This document shows positions 49,953-59,265 of a stretch of DNA of 64,000 nt, one piece after another (position 1 is the stretch's first letter; every line of letters begins with the position of its first letter). The notes under the pieces were generated by a model that had not been told where the DNA came from, searched no databases, and saw only the letters and a program-made list of their open reading frames with translations. Position numbers and translations under genes: made by a program. This stretch comes from a virus, in the IMG/VR virus record IMGVR_UViG_3300011115_000949, positions 35,849 through 99,848 of that record, one strand, 5' to 3'.

Positions 49953-50326
49953 TAAATTCCTATATTGATGAGTTGTGGATCTTTTACAACAAATTTAACT
50001 ACACCTTTAATATTATTAATAGCACCAATAATCGCTTTAATATTTTCTATATCAAATTTACCATTAGCTTTAACATATGGATTTGGATCTACTTTAATAG
50101 TAACTCTATTATATTGTTGATCTGGTTTTGGTAAATTGGGGATATATTCTTCAGTATCCATTGTTGTAATACCAGTTACAGCTCTGATATCTGAGAATGT
50201 TTGAGATTGTGTTTTATCTTTATCTGTGGTAACTAGTAAACCTTCAAGTTTATAAAGTTTTTCAGCATACCCCTCGTTAAGGATATTACGTATTTCTCTT
50301 CTAATTATGTTTCTAAGTTTATCCAT
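49952..50326 (-). CDS. Tagged hypothetical protein
   Basis: Refined start MDKLRNIIRREIRNILNE. Confidence 0.55.
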   Translation of the reverse strand: MDKLRNIIRREIRNILNEGYAEKLYKLEGLLVTTDKDKTQSQTFSDIRAVTGITTMDTEEYIPNLPKPDQQYNRVTIKVDPNPYVKANGKFDIENIKAIIGAINNIKGVVKFVVKDPQLINIGI

Positions 50327-50691
50327 TAACTTAAACACTTTAACTTATACAATGTAGAATTGATTAAAGTTATAATTTCATCAATTTGGTTATCCAAATA
50401 CGAATCAGTAATTGTTTTACGCATTTCACAAACAGTAGCACTTAATGCTTCAAAATATTGAAGTACTTGTTGTTTATTTGTGTAGTTCATAAGGCCAAAG
50501 CTTACATAATCATTAATGATACCATATTTACCTTGATAGCTTTCTACAAATCCATCAACTAAAAGTACAATACCATCATAATATCCTTGTAATGCCATAT
50601 GCTCAGCAAATGAAGGAGTTTGTAAATGGAACACATGAGCTTGTGTTCTTGAATGCATTAAATACGAGGCTAATTTTGAGCAGTTTTCCAT
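50326..50691 (-). CDS. Ferritin/Dps-like four-helix protein
   Basis: HVFHLQT.SFAEHMAL..YYD.IV.LVDGFVESYQGKYG...DEI.....STLYKL. Confidence 0.65.
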   Translation of the reverse strand: MENCSKLASYLMHSRTQAHVFHLQTPSFAEHMALQGYYDGIVLLVDGFVESYQGKYGIINDYVSFGLMNYTNKQQVLQYFEALSATVCEMRKTITDSYLDNQIDEIITLINSTLYKLKCLS

Positions 50692-50699
50692 AGTTTTAT

Positions 50700-51368
50700 T
50701 TACCAAAATCCTGAAAAGGATGATTTTAATCCTAATAATTTAGCATATCTTGGTAAGCGACAGCTCCAATATGATGCTTTTGTTTTATCTTTTTTATTAG
50801 CACAATCGTGACGTTTTGCAAACGCTTGACGTGCTTTTGGGTTATTAATTTTAGCTGACAAGCCAGTAGTGTCTCCAAAGCTAACTTTTTTAACTCCACC
50901 ACCTTTTTTTCTTACATATACATAGAATTTTTTAGATCCGCCACGTTTAGGTTTACCAATTGGTGGATTTTTCTTTTTCTTATCTGCTTCTTCAAGCTCA
51001 ACTTCTTCCATTAATAAATCTAAAGGTACTTTTTTACCTTCAAATATACCAAATTCACCTAAATCTGTTTCAACTAAAATTTCTTTATCTGTGTCGTTTA
51101 CGTGAATAGCGTTGCGAGAATATAAATAACGAGCTTCAGCCCACATATCTAAAAACGCATCTGAGCCGTAACGAAATAAATTTTCATTTATAGGTACTCT
51201 ATTTTCAACATGATATTTCATGTTTTCTGTCATAACAATCTTTGATGTAAGACTTTCGTTAAGTACAGGACCAGGATTTCCTACGTTTTTACATGAATGG
51301 CAACCACAATTACATTTATCGGGTTGTTTTGTTAATATTTCTCTAACTATATGTCTAATACGATCCAT
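50700..51368 (-). CDS. Tagged two-domain protein with basic C-terminal domain
   Basis: MDRIRHIVREIL leader; after LEE: KKFYVYV..VKKVSFGD..RHDC..YWSC. Confidence 0.6.
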   Translation of the reverse strand: MDRIRHIVREILTKQPDKCNCGCHSCKNVGNPGPVLNESLTSKIVMTENMKYHVENRVPINENLFRYGSDAFLDMWAEARYLYSRNAIHVNDTDKEILVETDLGEFGIFEGKKVPLDLLMEEVELEEADKKKKNPPIGKPKRGGSKKFYVYVRKKGGGVKKVSFGDTTGLSAKINNPKARQAFAKRHDCANKKDKTKASYWSCRLPRYAKLLGLKSSFSGFW

Positions 51369-51383
51369 GGTTATAAATATTAT

Positions 51384-52487
51384 TTAATCTTTCTTTTTAT
51401 CTGATGAAGATTTTGTTTCTTTTTTAGCAATATTTAGTTGGTTTTGAAGTATTCTGTATGGTTCAAATTCTTTTTGTAATTCAGAAGTGTTGTACAAATT
51501 TAATTTACCACCGCCATATATTATTAAACCATTAATTTTACTTAAATAATCTAACCATATTTGATTAAGATCTTCATATACTAATTTTGGATTTACAACC
51601 CACGGATGTTTTAATAATTTTGAGATTAAAGCTTTTTGTTCTTTTACTTCTAAACCTAATTTAACAGACTCAGGTGTACCATCATCATTGGTAATAACAC
51701 TGTCTATTTCATATTTTTTATTACCAATTTTAATATATGGTTTTTCTTCTATATCTCCCTCAGATTTAGTATATGATTTTAGTTCTGGCAAGATAGAATA
51801 TATCGTTTCTATAACTGTTCCACTTATGTTACCGGCTTTATACTCATTATTGTAATAATCAGTTAAAAACTGAATTTGATCTTGTATTGTGTTTATATTT
51901 TTTTTAGAACTTTTTTTTTCTTCTATATTTGTTGAAGTATTATCTTTATTTATTATTGAAAGAAGATACATTAAGTACGTGTAATGTTTTTGAAAAGATG
52001 AATTAGTTATATAACCACTAGATGCTGTTCTAAATTCACCACTAGATAATTCTTTAACATCATATACTTCATCTTTTATTTTAATGTCTTTTTCTTTAGT
52101 ACCTCCAGATGTGCTATCTTTTACTCCTAATAAAATAGAAATTTCACCTCGTCCTAAACCAGTTTTTATAATATTTACATAATCTTTATATATTCCTAGT
52201 ATTTTATCTAAGTCAGTAATTGAATATTTTCTAAAATTTTCTAAAAAAGATTTTTGATTATTTGGATTAGCATTATAAATTTTTTCAATTTCATCTACAA
52301 TATCTTTTTTTAATTTAACAACATTTAGTAAAATTTCTTTACATTGAGTAAATGTTTGTGGATTTTTTTGATCTATATCTTCCAATAAACTATTTAAAAG
52401 TATAACATCCTGTTCATTGTTCATGTCAATATATCCTTTAGGGAACTTATAAGAAATCTGTCGTATAAATTTTTCTACTATATCCAT
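51384..52487 (-). CDS. Hypothetical protein, possible PD-(D/E)xK-like fold
   Basis: GLGRGEI...KDIKI....YDVK; leader ends LLNSLLE. Confidence 0.45.
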   Translation of the reverse strand: MDIVEKFIRQISYKFPKGYIDMNNEQDVILLNSLLEDIDQKNPQTFTQCKEILLNVVKLKKDIVDEIEKIYNANPNNQKSFLENFRKYSITDLDKILGIYKDYVNIIKTGLGRGEISILLGVKDSTSGGTKEKDIKIKDEVYDVKELSSGEFRTASSGYITNSSFQKHYTYLMYLLSIINKDNTSTNIEEKKSSKKNINTIQDQIQFLTDYYNNEYKAGNISGTVIETIYSILPELKSYTKSEGDIEEKPYIKIGNKKYEIDSVITNDDGTPESVKLGLEVKEQKALISKLLKHPWVVNPKLVYEDLNQIWLDYLSKINGLIIYGGGKLNLYNTSELQKEFEPYRILQNQLNIAKKETKSSSDKKKD

Positions 52488-53011
52488 TACGCTGGTGTTT
52501 CTTCAGTTGGAGTTTCTTCGGTTGGTGCTTCAGGAGCTGGAGCTTCAGGAGCTGGAGCTTCAGGTGATTCAGCTGGAGGTGTTTCTCCGCCTTCTGCCTT
52601 TTCAGGTTGAGCTTTACCACCATATGATAATATTCTAGCAATTGCTTCTATACAATTTTGTTCTTCACTTAAATTAAGTAAATAATATTTTTTACCTTCT
52701 ACTTTACCAATCCATGTTCTATCAGTATAAATCATGTAAAATGGTTGGTCGTTAGCTAATATAATTCTAAATGTAGTAGGACGTGGGGCTACCCACTCAA
52801 TATCTTTTAAAAATAATTCATATTGATCCGTTAACATTTTTATAATAACATCCTTAAGTGTAGGAAATTTAACTAAAACAGGAAAACGTTCACTATCTAA
52901 TGATATAGGTTCTGGGTTGTCTAAATCAACTTCAGCCCCAGATTGTTTAGTTGTTGAGTATACTTGCTTAACTAAAGCTTTAATTCTATCTTTTAACTCG
53001 TCTTTAGTCAT
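52487..53011 (-). CDS. Hypothetical protein with PEAPA/EETP repeat tail
   Basis: WVAPRPTTFRI core; 15-bp tandem repeats at about 52490-52565. Confidence 0.6.
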   Translation of the reverse strand: MTKDELKDRIKALVKQVYSTTKQSGAEVDLDNPEPISLDSERFPVLVKFPTLKDVIIKMLTDQYELFLKDIEWVAPRPTTFRIILANDQPFYMIYTDRTWIGKVEGKKYYLLNLSEEQNCIEAIARILSYGGKAQPEKAEGGETPPAESPEAPAPEAPAPEAPTEETPTEETPA

Positions 53012-53301
53012 TTTTTAACAATTTTACGATTTTTAAGATATTTAGTTGAATCAATAACTTCTTCAACTGGTTGAGGTTTAGTTGAAAGGGCTTTTTTAAT
53101 CATTTCTTTAATGCGTTGTTTTGATTCTTTTGTTGCCATATTTTTAGCTAATTTTATTGATCTACCTCTAGCTACATTTTCCGCTTCTGCACCGTAATCT
53201 TCTATAAATTTATCTGATTCATTTTTATACTGATTAAAGAGCTGGCGTGATATGGCCAGCTCTCTAGTCGTTAATCCTTCAGATAAAATATATTTATACA
53301 T
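53008..53301 (-). CDS. Hypothetical protein
   Basis: 97-aa ORF starting MYKYILSE, coupled to its neighbours. Confidence 0.55.
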   Translation of the reverse strand: MYKYILSEGLTTRELAISRQLFNQYKNESDKFIEDYGAEAENVARGRSIKLAKNMATKESKQRIKEMIKKALSTKPQPVEEVIDSTKYLKNRKIVKK

Positions 53302-53480
53302 TATCCTTTAGCAGCTTTTACTTCAGCTACTGAGGCTTTGTTATAAGCAGAAATTGTTTTTTTCATTTCACTTAATGCTTTACGTGCTCTACCTTTAGCA
53401 GCTTTGGTTGTGTCTTCGTGGTTTAATTTAGCAGTTTCAAATAACTCACTAATTTTTGCAAATAGTTCTTGTGTGTTCAT
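53301..53480 (-). CDS. Histone H1-like (Hc1 family, Bacteroidota type) small basic protein; missing from the ORF track
   Basis: Manual translation MNTQELFAKISELFETAKLNHEDTTKAAKGRARKALSEMKKTISAYNKASVAEVKAAKG contains the KAA..RARKA motif. Confidence 0.7.
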   Translation of the reverse strand: MNTQELFAKISELFETAKLNHEDTTKAAKGRARKALSEMKKTISAYNKASVAEVKAAKG

Positions 53481-53500
53481 ATATTTTATTTTGTTTGTTT

Positions 53501-53902
53501 TTAAGCGGTCATACTTTGTTTTTCAACACCTAATACTTGTGTCCTAACAAGCATAGTTAAAGTATTTCCGATTTGTTTAATTAATTTTTCGTCACCCAAT
53601 TGTTGAGCATTGGCTAATGCTTTTTGTAACAAGTCTTGGATGGTTTTTATTTCAGGTTTAATATCTAATTCACCTGTTGAAGCGGGTGCAACATTAGCTG
53701 TAGGTTCAGCTGTAGTATCCATTGTTGTTTCAGATGGTGGTGCTTCAGTTGATGCTGTTTCGTCACTACCCATGTTTAAGTCTACTGAATCGTCTTGTGG
53801 TGCTACGTCATTAGGTTCTTTTTTCTTTTTAGCTTCATTTAAATTTTTATATTCGTCTAATATAATTTCTTTTAAACTTTGGATGAACTGATGTTTTTTC
53901 AT
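53501..53902 (-). CDS. Tagged hypothetical protein
   Basis: MKKHQFIQSLKEIILDEYKNLNE leader, acidic linker, then LGDEKLIKQIGNT. Confidence 0.55.
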   Translation of the reverse strand: MKKHQFIQSLKEIILDEYKNLNEAKKKKEPNDVAPQDDSVDLNMGSDETASTEAPPSETTMDTTAEPTANVAPASTGELDIKPEIKTIQDLLQKALANAQQLGDEKLIKQIGNTLTMLVRTQVLGVEKQSMTA

Positions 53903-53943
53903 TATAGTGATTTTATTATAAATATGTGATATTTAATTAAATT

Positions 53944-54564
53944 TTAAGATTTATCGTGTAGATAATCGGTAAGAATTGAACCTATCGCACCTACTTTAGA
54001 CCTTAATAATATCCATTCATTTAATTGTAATTCGCGAGGTTGTTTATAGTATGATATAGTTAAAGCACCCACAAAATCGTCATTTAAATCTTTAATAGCT
54101 ATCATATAAAATGATTTAGTTTTATATTCTTTACCAATAACTGGGAATAACCCGCAGTCAGTTTGGTTGTTTTTAGTATCAGGGACATCAATTTCTCCAG
54201 CATTGTACAATGTTGAAAATACTTTTGGAAATAACGATACCGGGATATTTTGGAATGTTTCTTTTATTGAATGAGCATATTCAGTTGTGCGCTCATAAAA
54301 TATACTAAATTTTTTAATCGATTTACTGGTTGGGTAAAAATTGCCTCCGTTATGAAATTGTGATATACAAATACGATCACATTCTAATTCTTCTAAAAGT
54401 AACTCAAGTTGTTTATCTATTTTTTCGTCTGTGCAAATAGCTTTACCTAAAGCGTCACCTTTTTTAGTTAAAAATTTAGCTTTAACAAATTCAACAGCTA
54501 ATGGTCCTAATAAAGCTGTTATAAGAGCTACAAGTATTGTTAAAATAGAGTCAAGCATTGTCAT
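53944..54564 (-). CDS. Putative holin (single TM plus GAF-like domain, T4 gpT-like architecture)
   Basis: N-terminal TM segment ILTILVALITALLGPLAV, then LECDRICISQFHNG...IAIKDLNDDFVGALTISY, a GAF-like pattern. Confidence 0.5.
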   Translation of the reverse strand: MTMLDSILTILVALITALLGPLAVEFVKAKFLTKKGDALGKAICTDEKIDKQLELLLEELECDRICISQFHNGGNFYPTSKSIKKFSIFYERTTEYAHSIKETFQNIPVSLFPKVFSTLYNAGEIDVPDTKNNQTDCGLFPVIGKEYKTKSFYMIAIKDLNDDFVGALTISYYKQPRELQLNEWILLRSKVGAIGSILTDYLHDKS

Positions 54565-55118
54565 TTTTTGAGGCTTTGTAAGTATTTAATTGTTTCTTCT
54601 TTATCTTCTAGTAACTTTTTCTTTGAAGAACCAACCCAACGTTCTACATCACCATCTTCCGTGACATAAGAATCATTAGAACTGTTTATAACTTCGTCCA
54701 TCCAAGTACTATAGTCTTTGGTTACGTTGTCAATATCGCTGTTTATAATGTTTTTTTCGTATTCTTCCCATAAACCTAATTTGCGCAATTCAGTTTCAAA
54801 TTCTATTTGACAATTAAAACATCTTTTATATTGAATGTAAAATAATTTATCGTGTTTATGGTTCATTAACTGTTTGCAACCAGAACAAAACAATGGTAAA
54901 GTTACAGATTTTTTAGCTTTATCCCATTTAGTTAAATTTTGTTTAATGCCATTTTTAATAGTCCAAGTACGACCACCTTCTTCCCACACATCACCTTCAT
55001 TATGAAAATCCTGTTGTTTTGAATAACCTACACCGGATGTGGTACGTTCGCCTGCTTTACCTTTAACTATATTACGCAGTCTTTGAACGTCTTTATTTTT
55101 AAATTCTTTATTTAACAT
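54561..55118 (-). CDS. Hypothetical protein with CxxC..CxxC
   Basis: EGDVWEEGGRTWTIKNGIKQ, CSGC and CFNC. Confidence 0.6.
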   Translation of the reverse strand: MLNKEFKNKDVQRLRNIVKGKAGERTTSGVGYSKQQDFHNEGDVWEEGGRTWTIKNGIKQNLTKWDKAKKSVTLPLFCSGCKQLMNHKHDKLFYIQYKRCFNCQIEFETELRKLGLWEEYEKNIINSDIDNVTKDYSTWMDEVINSSNDSYVTEDGDVERWVGSSKKKLLEDKEETIKYLQSLKK

Positions 55119-55121
55119 AAC

Positions 55122-55673
55122 TTACAGTCCTATTTGTTTTAATTTTTCAATTGTGTCAGCAGCAGATGTATGTAATATTCCTATACCACCTTTAGATTTC
55201 CATTCTTCAATGTTATCTGCTCTGTCGTCTATTAATATTCTATTTGGTTTAGAATAGTCTTGTTTATTTTCACGTTTAGCTAAAATTAATTTTACTTTTG
55301 GAGCATCTTTTGTTAATGGTAAATTATCTTTTACCCAAACACGTTTACCATAACGTGATGATGGTTTTTGAGATGGTGCTGATAGTAACATTGGTTTGTA
55401 TTTTTCTATATAACTCCAAAGTTGTTTTCCATCAGGCATCCAAGGCATTTTAGCCCAAAATTCAAATCCTACTTTATCGTCTATAAGTTTCCAAAACTGG
55501 CTTTTACTAAATTTAGCCTGGTATTCGTCAGGTGTTAAACCTCCAAAGTATTCAAAACGCTTGTCAAAGTCAGTTAAAACACCATCCATGTCACAAAATA
55601 TTTTATATTGAGCGACCTGAGCGGCTTGTTCTTCTTCCTTTAATTGTTTATATAACGCTGTTAATTTATACAT
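55122..55673 (-). CDS. HAD-family 5'(3')-deoxyribonucleotidase-like protein with N-terminal tag
   Basis: IFCDMDGVLTDF, LLSAP, KRVW and ILIDDR. Refined start MYKLTALYKQLKEEE. Confidence 0.8.
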   Translation of the reverse strand: MYKLTALYKQLKEEEQAAQVAQYKIFCDMDGVLTDFDKRFEYFGGLTPDEYQAKFSKSQFWKLIDDKVGFEFWAKMPWMPDGKQLWSYIEKYKPMLLSAPSQKPSSRYGKRVWVKDNLPLTKDAPKVKLILAKRENKQDYSKPNRILIDDRADNIEEWKSKGGIGILHTSAADTIEKLKQIGL

Positions 55674-57528
55674 TTTTAATTGAATCTTCCCAATTTCTAA
55701 AACACATATTTCCATGCTCATATGCTTCACGTTCCAGTTGGTCTAATTCTCCACCTTCATTTGTATTAGTGGTGTGAATGTTATTTAGTCGACCTTCGTT
55801 ATCTTGAATACGGTGAATCATCTCATGAGCGTATGAACGTAATATATCTTTTGGATGACGGCCAAGGGTAAATAAAGTGATTGAACAACTTGAGGGATCG
55901 TAATATGCTGTTTTACCTAAAATGTTTGAAGCGTTTTCAGAATCGTTGTTTATTATTTTTAATTTAGGTAATGGTTTGATATTCATACCACTATCTAACA
56001 TATATTTAGTTAACGATGCTAATGCGCTTTTAAAATCTGTGGGTTGTTCATGTTGGCAACCACAGCTTTCTGAGATGTTAGTTATTCCTAATGCATTTTT
56101 ATATCCTTCAGGTGTTATTCCATCTGGTACATATGGGGTTAGATCTGCTCCAGCTTTTAGTGCTATTCTTACATTTGTTGCACTTAGATTTCCAGCTGCA
56201 CTATCGTAATTTTTTATTGTTACATTTGGTGGAACCATTCCATATCTGCCAGAATCCCCTTCTTTTCCAAATACTGCAATGTATTGTTGATCTGGATTCT
56301 TTTCAAATATTTTATAAGCTGCCTTTACAGGACTGTTAAGTGGGACTGGAAGTTTTGGGTCTGATGATAGCATCACCTTAACATTCTCTGGAAGGTTTGC
56401 TAGTTTAAAAATAGCTAAACTCTGCTCAGCAGATACAGGCATTTGAGTCTCGAGTTTTTCTCTAGTTTTTTTATCGGTTTTAGTTGAGTCTGGTTCAGTG
56501 TTAGGTGACACTAAGACAAGTACTTCACTAGCATCTTCAGCTGCTGCTTTAATTCGAGCTATATGATCTTTATGAGGTGGTTTAAATTTACCAGGGAATA
56601 CAGCTATTGGTTTTTTAGGTTGGGTCTCATCTTCTAGAATAAAAGATTTTACTAATTCCATTACTAATGGATTATATTTTTCCTCTAAAGAAGCTACTGT
56701 GTCTAAAGCTTGTTGTTTTTTAGTACCTTTTTCAGTTCCTACCTCAGCATCTCCTACACGTATATTTTTCTTAAACATTCCTTTAAGACGGTCTATTGAT
56801 CTTCTGTTTTTAAATTCTTTAACTTTAGATATAATATCATTAAATTTATCTTTTTCAATGTTGATATTCAGATATTTAATTATAGTTTTAATATCATCAA
56901 AATTATTTGATTTCCATATTTCCTTACCTTCATTTTCTCCTACAGGAACAATCCTTAATGATAGGCCAGATGGATTTAAATTAAAATCATATTCTTCTCC
57001 TTCACCTGGTTTTTTAGCATTATCTATACCTAGTTCTTTAAATAAATTTTCTATTTGTTTTTCATCTAATTCACTAAAAATAGTTTTAACTAAACCTATA
57101 GCCATTACTTGTTCTTGAGCAGGTAAATCTAACATTTTATATGTAAATTTCCCTTCTTCTTTAGATACAGTTACAATATTATCTATTTGAACATATTCTC
57201 CTTCTTTACCAGCTATTGGATATAAAGTAGAAACTATATTCCCATGTATAAAATATTTTTTGTTACCCTTTTGTGGTATTTCAGGGATTTCACTAACTTG
57301 TGATAAAAATTTAGCTAATTCTTGTTTTAGTTCTTTTTTATCACCTTCGGGATAGGATACAACAACATCAATATCTCCAAAAATATTTTTTTCAGGTCTA
57401 GAGCGTACACCTGTGATTTTGTAAGATTTATCTAAACCTAATGGTTTTAGGATATTTTCTCTATAATCACGGATTGTCGCTTTTAAATTTTCTTTATTTA
57501 TACGAGATCCACCAGCTGCTCCACTCAT
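55666..57528 (-). CDS. Three-domain protein: Pol-beta-like nucleotidyltransferase, cytidylyltransferase-like domain, HEXXH metalloprotease-like domain
   Basis: ITGVRS....FGDIDVVV..VQID; AVFPGKFKPPHKDH..LSATNVR; YAHEMIHRIQ..LEREAY. Confidence 0.7.
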   Translation of the reverse strand: MSGAAGGSRINKENLKATIRDYRENILKPLGLDKSYKITGVRSRPEKNIFGDIDVVVSYPEGDKKELKQELAKFLSQVSEIPEIPQKGNKKYFIHGNIVSTLYPIAGKEGEYVQIDNIVTVSKEEGKFTYKMLDLPAQEQVMAIGLVKTIFSELDEKQIENLFKELGIDNAKKPGEGEEYDFNLNPSGLSLRIVPVGENEGKEIWKSNNFDDIKTIIKYLNINIEKDKFNDIISKVKEFKNRRSIDRLKGMFKKNIRVGDAEVGTEKGTKKQQALDTVASLEEKYNPLVMELVKSFILEDETQPKKPIAVFPGKFKPPHKDHIARIKAAAEDASEVLVLVSPNTEPDSTKTDKKTREKLETQMPVSAEQSLAIFKLANLPENVKVMLSSDPKLPVPLNSPVKAAYKIFEKNPDQQYIAVFGKEGDSGRYGMVPPNVTIKNYDSAAGNLSATNVRIALKAGADLTPYVPDGITPEGYKNALGITNISESCGCQHEQPTDFKSALASLTKYMLDSGMNIKPLPKLKIINNDSENASNILGKTAYYDPSSCSITLFTLGRHPKDILRSYAHEMIHRIQDNEGRLNNIHTTNTNEGGELDQLEREAYEHGNMCFRNWEDSIKNV

Positions 57529-57533
57529 AATAA

Positions 57534-58448
57534 TTAAATATTTTCAGGTGTATATGCACCAGCACGTTTTAAAGCTTCTTTAAATAAATCTAATATTTTT
57601 GATTGATCTTCAATTTTAAGATTATTTTTAATATAATTCATTAACTTATCATAATTATTAATTATTTCTAAAGTTAATGGTTGTGGTGGTTGATATTCTT
57701 GATTAAATGTTTCTAAAGCACCTTGAGGTTTATCAGCTATAATTTCACCTGTTTCTTTACGAATAAATCCTTTACCACTTTTAAAAGTATATCCTAAAAC
57801 TGCAAACATAGCTAACATTAATTGTCCTCTATGTAATCCTTTAATTTGGGGATTATCTTCAGGTAATTCAGAATTATATCTAAATTTTAACCAATCCATG
57901 TCTCCTGAGTCTAAATCAAGTTGTGTTCTTGAATCTAATTTTTCTCCAGTTAAAGCATATTGTGGGTATGAAAAATGGATTGTACCTCCATTTATAGCTT
58001 TATTACTAGCAAATAAATCTCCACCAGTATTGTTAATTTTATTTACTACAGTATCCAATAATGCTCTAATTTGAACTTGTTCATCTGTGGCAGTACGAGA
58101 AGATTTTTTAAATTTCTCATATAAGTTATTATACTCGTTAGTATCTACTCCCCATCCTTCTATATCTATTTTTCCATTTTTAAAAAAATATTCTGAGGAG
58201 TATGCTAAATCAACATCTCCGGATTGTGGTTTTCTGCCTGTTGAGCCTAACCAATTGCTTGTATCATTTAAAGAATTAAATGTAGATTTTTTATTTGGAA
58301 ATATTTTTCCTAAATCTTCAACAAATTTTTTAATTGTTGATGCTATATTATCTTTATCTATATTTTGTGTATCGTATTCTGTATTTTTGAATACATTACC
58401 TCCTTCATTAAGATATATTTCTTTTAAAAGTCCAACTAAAGATATCAT
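57534..58448 (-). CDS. Pol-beta superfamily nucleotidyltransferase with N-terminal tag
   Basis: WLGSTGRKPQSGDVDLAY..TQLDL; leader MISLVGLLKEIYLNE followed by GGNVF. Confidence 0.7.
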   Translation of the reverse strand: MISLVGLLKEIYLNEGGNVFKNTEYDTQNIDKDNIASTIKKFVEDLGKIFPNKKSTFNSLNDTSNWLGSTGRKPQSGDVDLAYSSEYFFKNGKIDIEGWGVDTNEYNNLYEKFKKSSRTATDEQVQIRALLDTVVNKINNTGGDLFASNKAINGGTIHFSYPQYALTGEKLDSRTQLDLDSGDMDWLKFRYNSELPEDNPQIKGLHRGQLMLAMFAVLGYTFKSGKGFIRKETGEIIADKPQGALETFNQEYQPPQPLTLEIINNYDKLMNYIKNNLKIEDQSKILDLFKEALKRAGAYTPENI

Positions 58449-58470
58449 TAATGTTTTTGTTATAAATATG

Positions 58471-59265
58471 TTAAATATCCGGATTGATTTGGATTTCTGT
58501 AGGGAAATGTTCAGCTGTTGGTTTAGGGTCGGGATGTTCTAATTTATATAATTCGTGTATATACTCAAATATTTTTAAATTTTCTTCAATTGTTTTTTCA
58601 GGTTCATGAATTTCCCACCCTTTACCTTGTATTTTTTCACCTTTTTTATCTTCGCCACGTTTTGATGATTTTAACCAAAGAATACCTATGCGGTTTATTT
58701 TTTCTTCATATAATTCATTCCATGCTTGAGCGTATGCGGATAATTGAAAATCTTGGCTGGTGTGTAAAGAATTTGATGTTTTGATATCTAGTAACCATTT
58801 TTCACTATTGATTTCCAATACTAAGTCACAAGTACCAGCATACATATACACGTCTGAAAATAGGTGGATTTCACTTTCAATTAGGGTTGGTTTAAATGTT
58901 ACCCAAAAGTCATGAAATTTTAAAATCATTTTCCAAACATCTAATGAGTATTTTGAATAGCCTTCCTCATTGATTAATTGAATTTTTTCACCTTGAAGGT
59001 ATCTTTCAATAGCATCGTGTACTTGTGTACCTTCATCTGCTGCTTTTCTAGCTATAATGTCAGCATTATGTCCTACATCTTTTAACCAATTTTCAAAAAA
59101 TTTACCTTTAGGCATGTATTGTAAAATACTAGTTACTGATGGATAATATTTTCCGTTTCGTTGATAATATCTATTATCTAAAATATTTACTCTTTTTGAT
59201 TCAGAATCTATTTCTACTAAGCGTTTAACACTTTTTTTATAGACGTTTATATTTTTTTCTATCAT
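58471..59265 (-). CDS. PD-(D/E)xK exonuclease (RecB/Cas4-like family)
   Basis: YPSVTSIL, GTQVH, YAGTCDL, LLDIKTS and QLSAYA. Confidence 0.85.
   Translation of the reverse strand: MIEKNINVYKKSVKRLVEIDSESKRVNILDNRYYQRNGKYYPSVTSILQYMPKGKFFENWLKDVGHNADIIARKAADEGTQVHDAIERYLQGEKIQLINEEGYSKYSLDVWKMILKFHDFWVTFKPTLIESEIHLFSDVYMYAGTCDLVLEINSEKWLLDIKTSNSLHTSQDFQLSAYAQAWNELYEEKINRIGILWLKSSKRGEDKKGEKIQGKGWEIHEPEKTIEENLKIFEYIHELYKLEHPDPKPTAEHFPTEIQINPDI

Noticed and set aside
58471-59265. Cas4 as part of a CRISPR system
   Set aside because: It has no Fe-S cysteine cluster and no array, and lies next to primase; it is a standard phage PD-(D/E)xK exonuclease.
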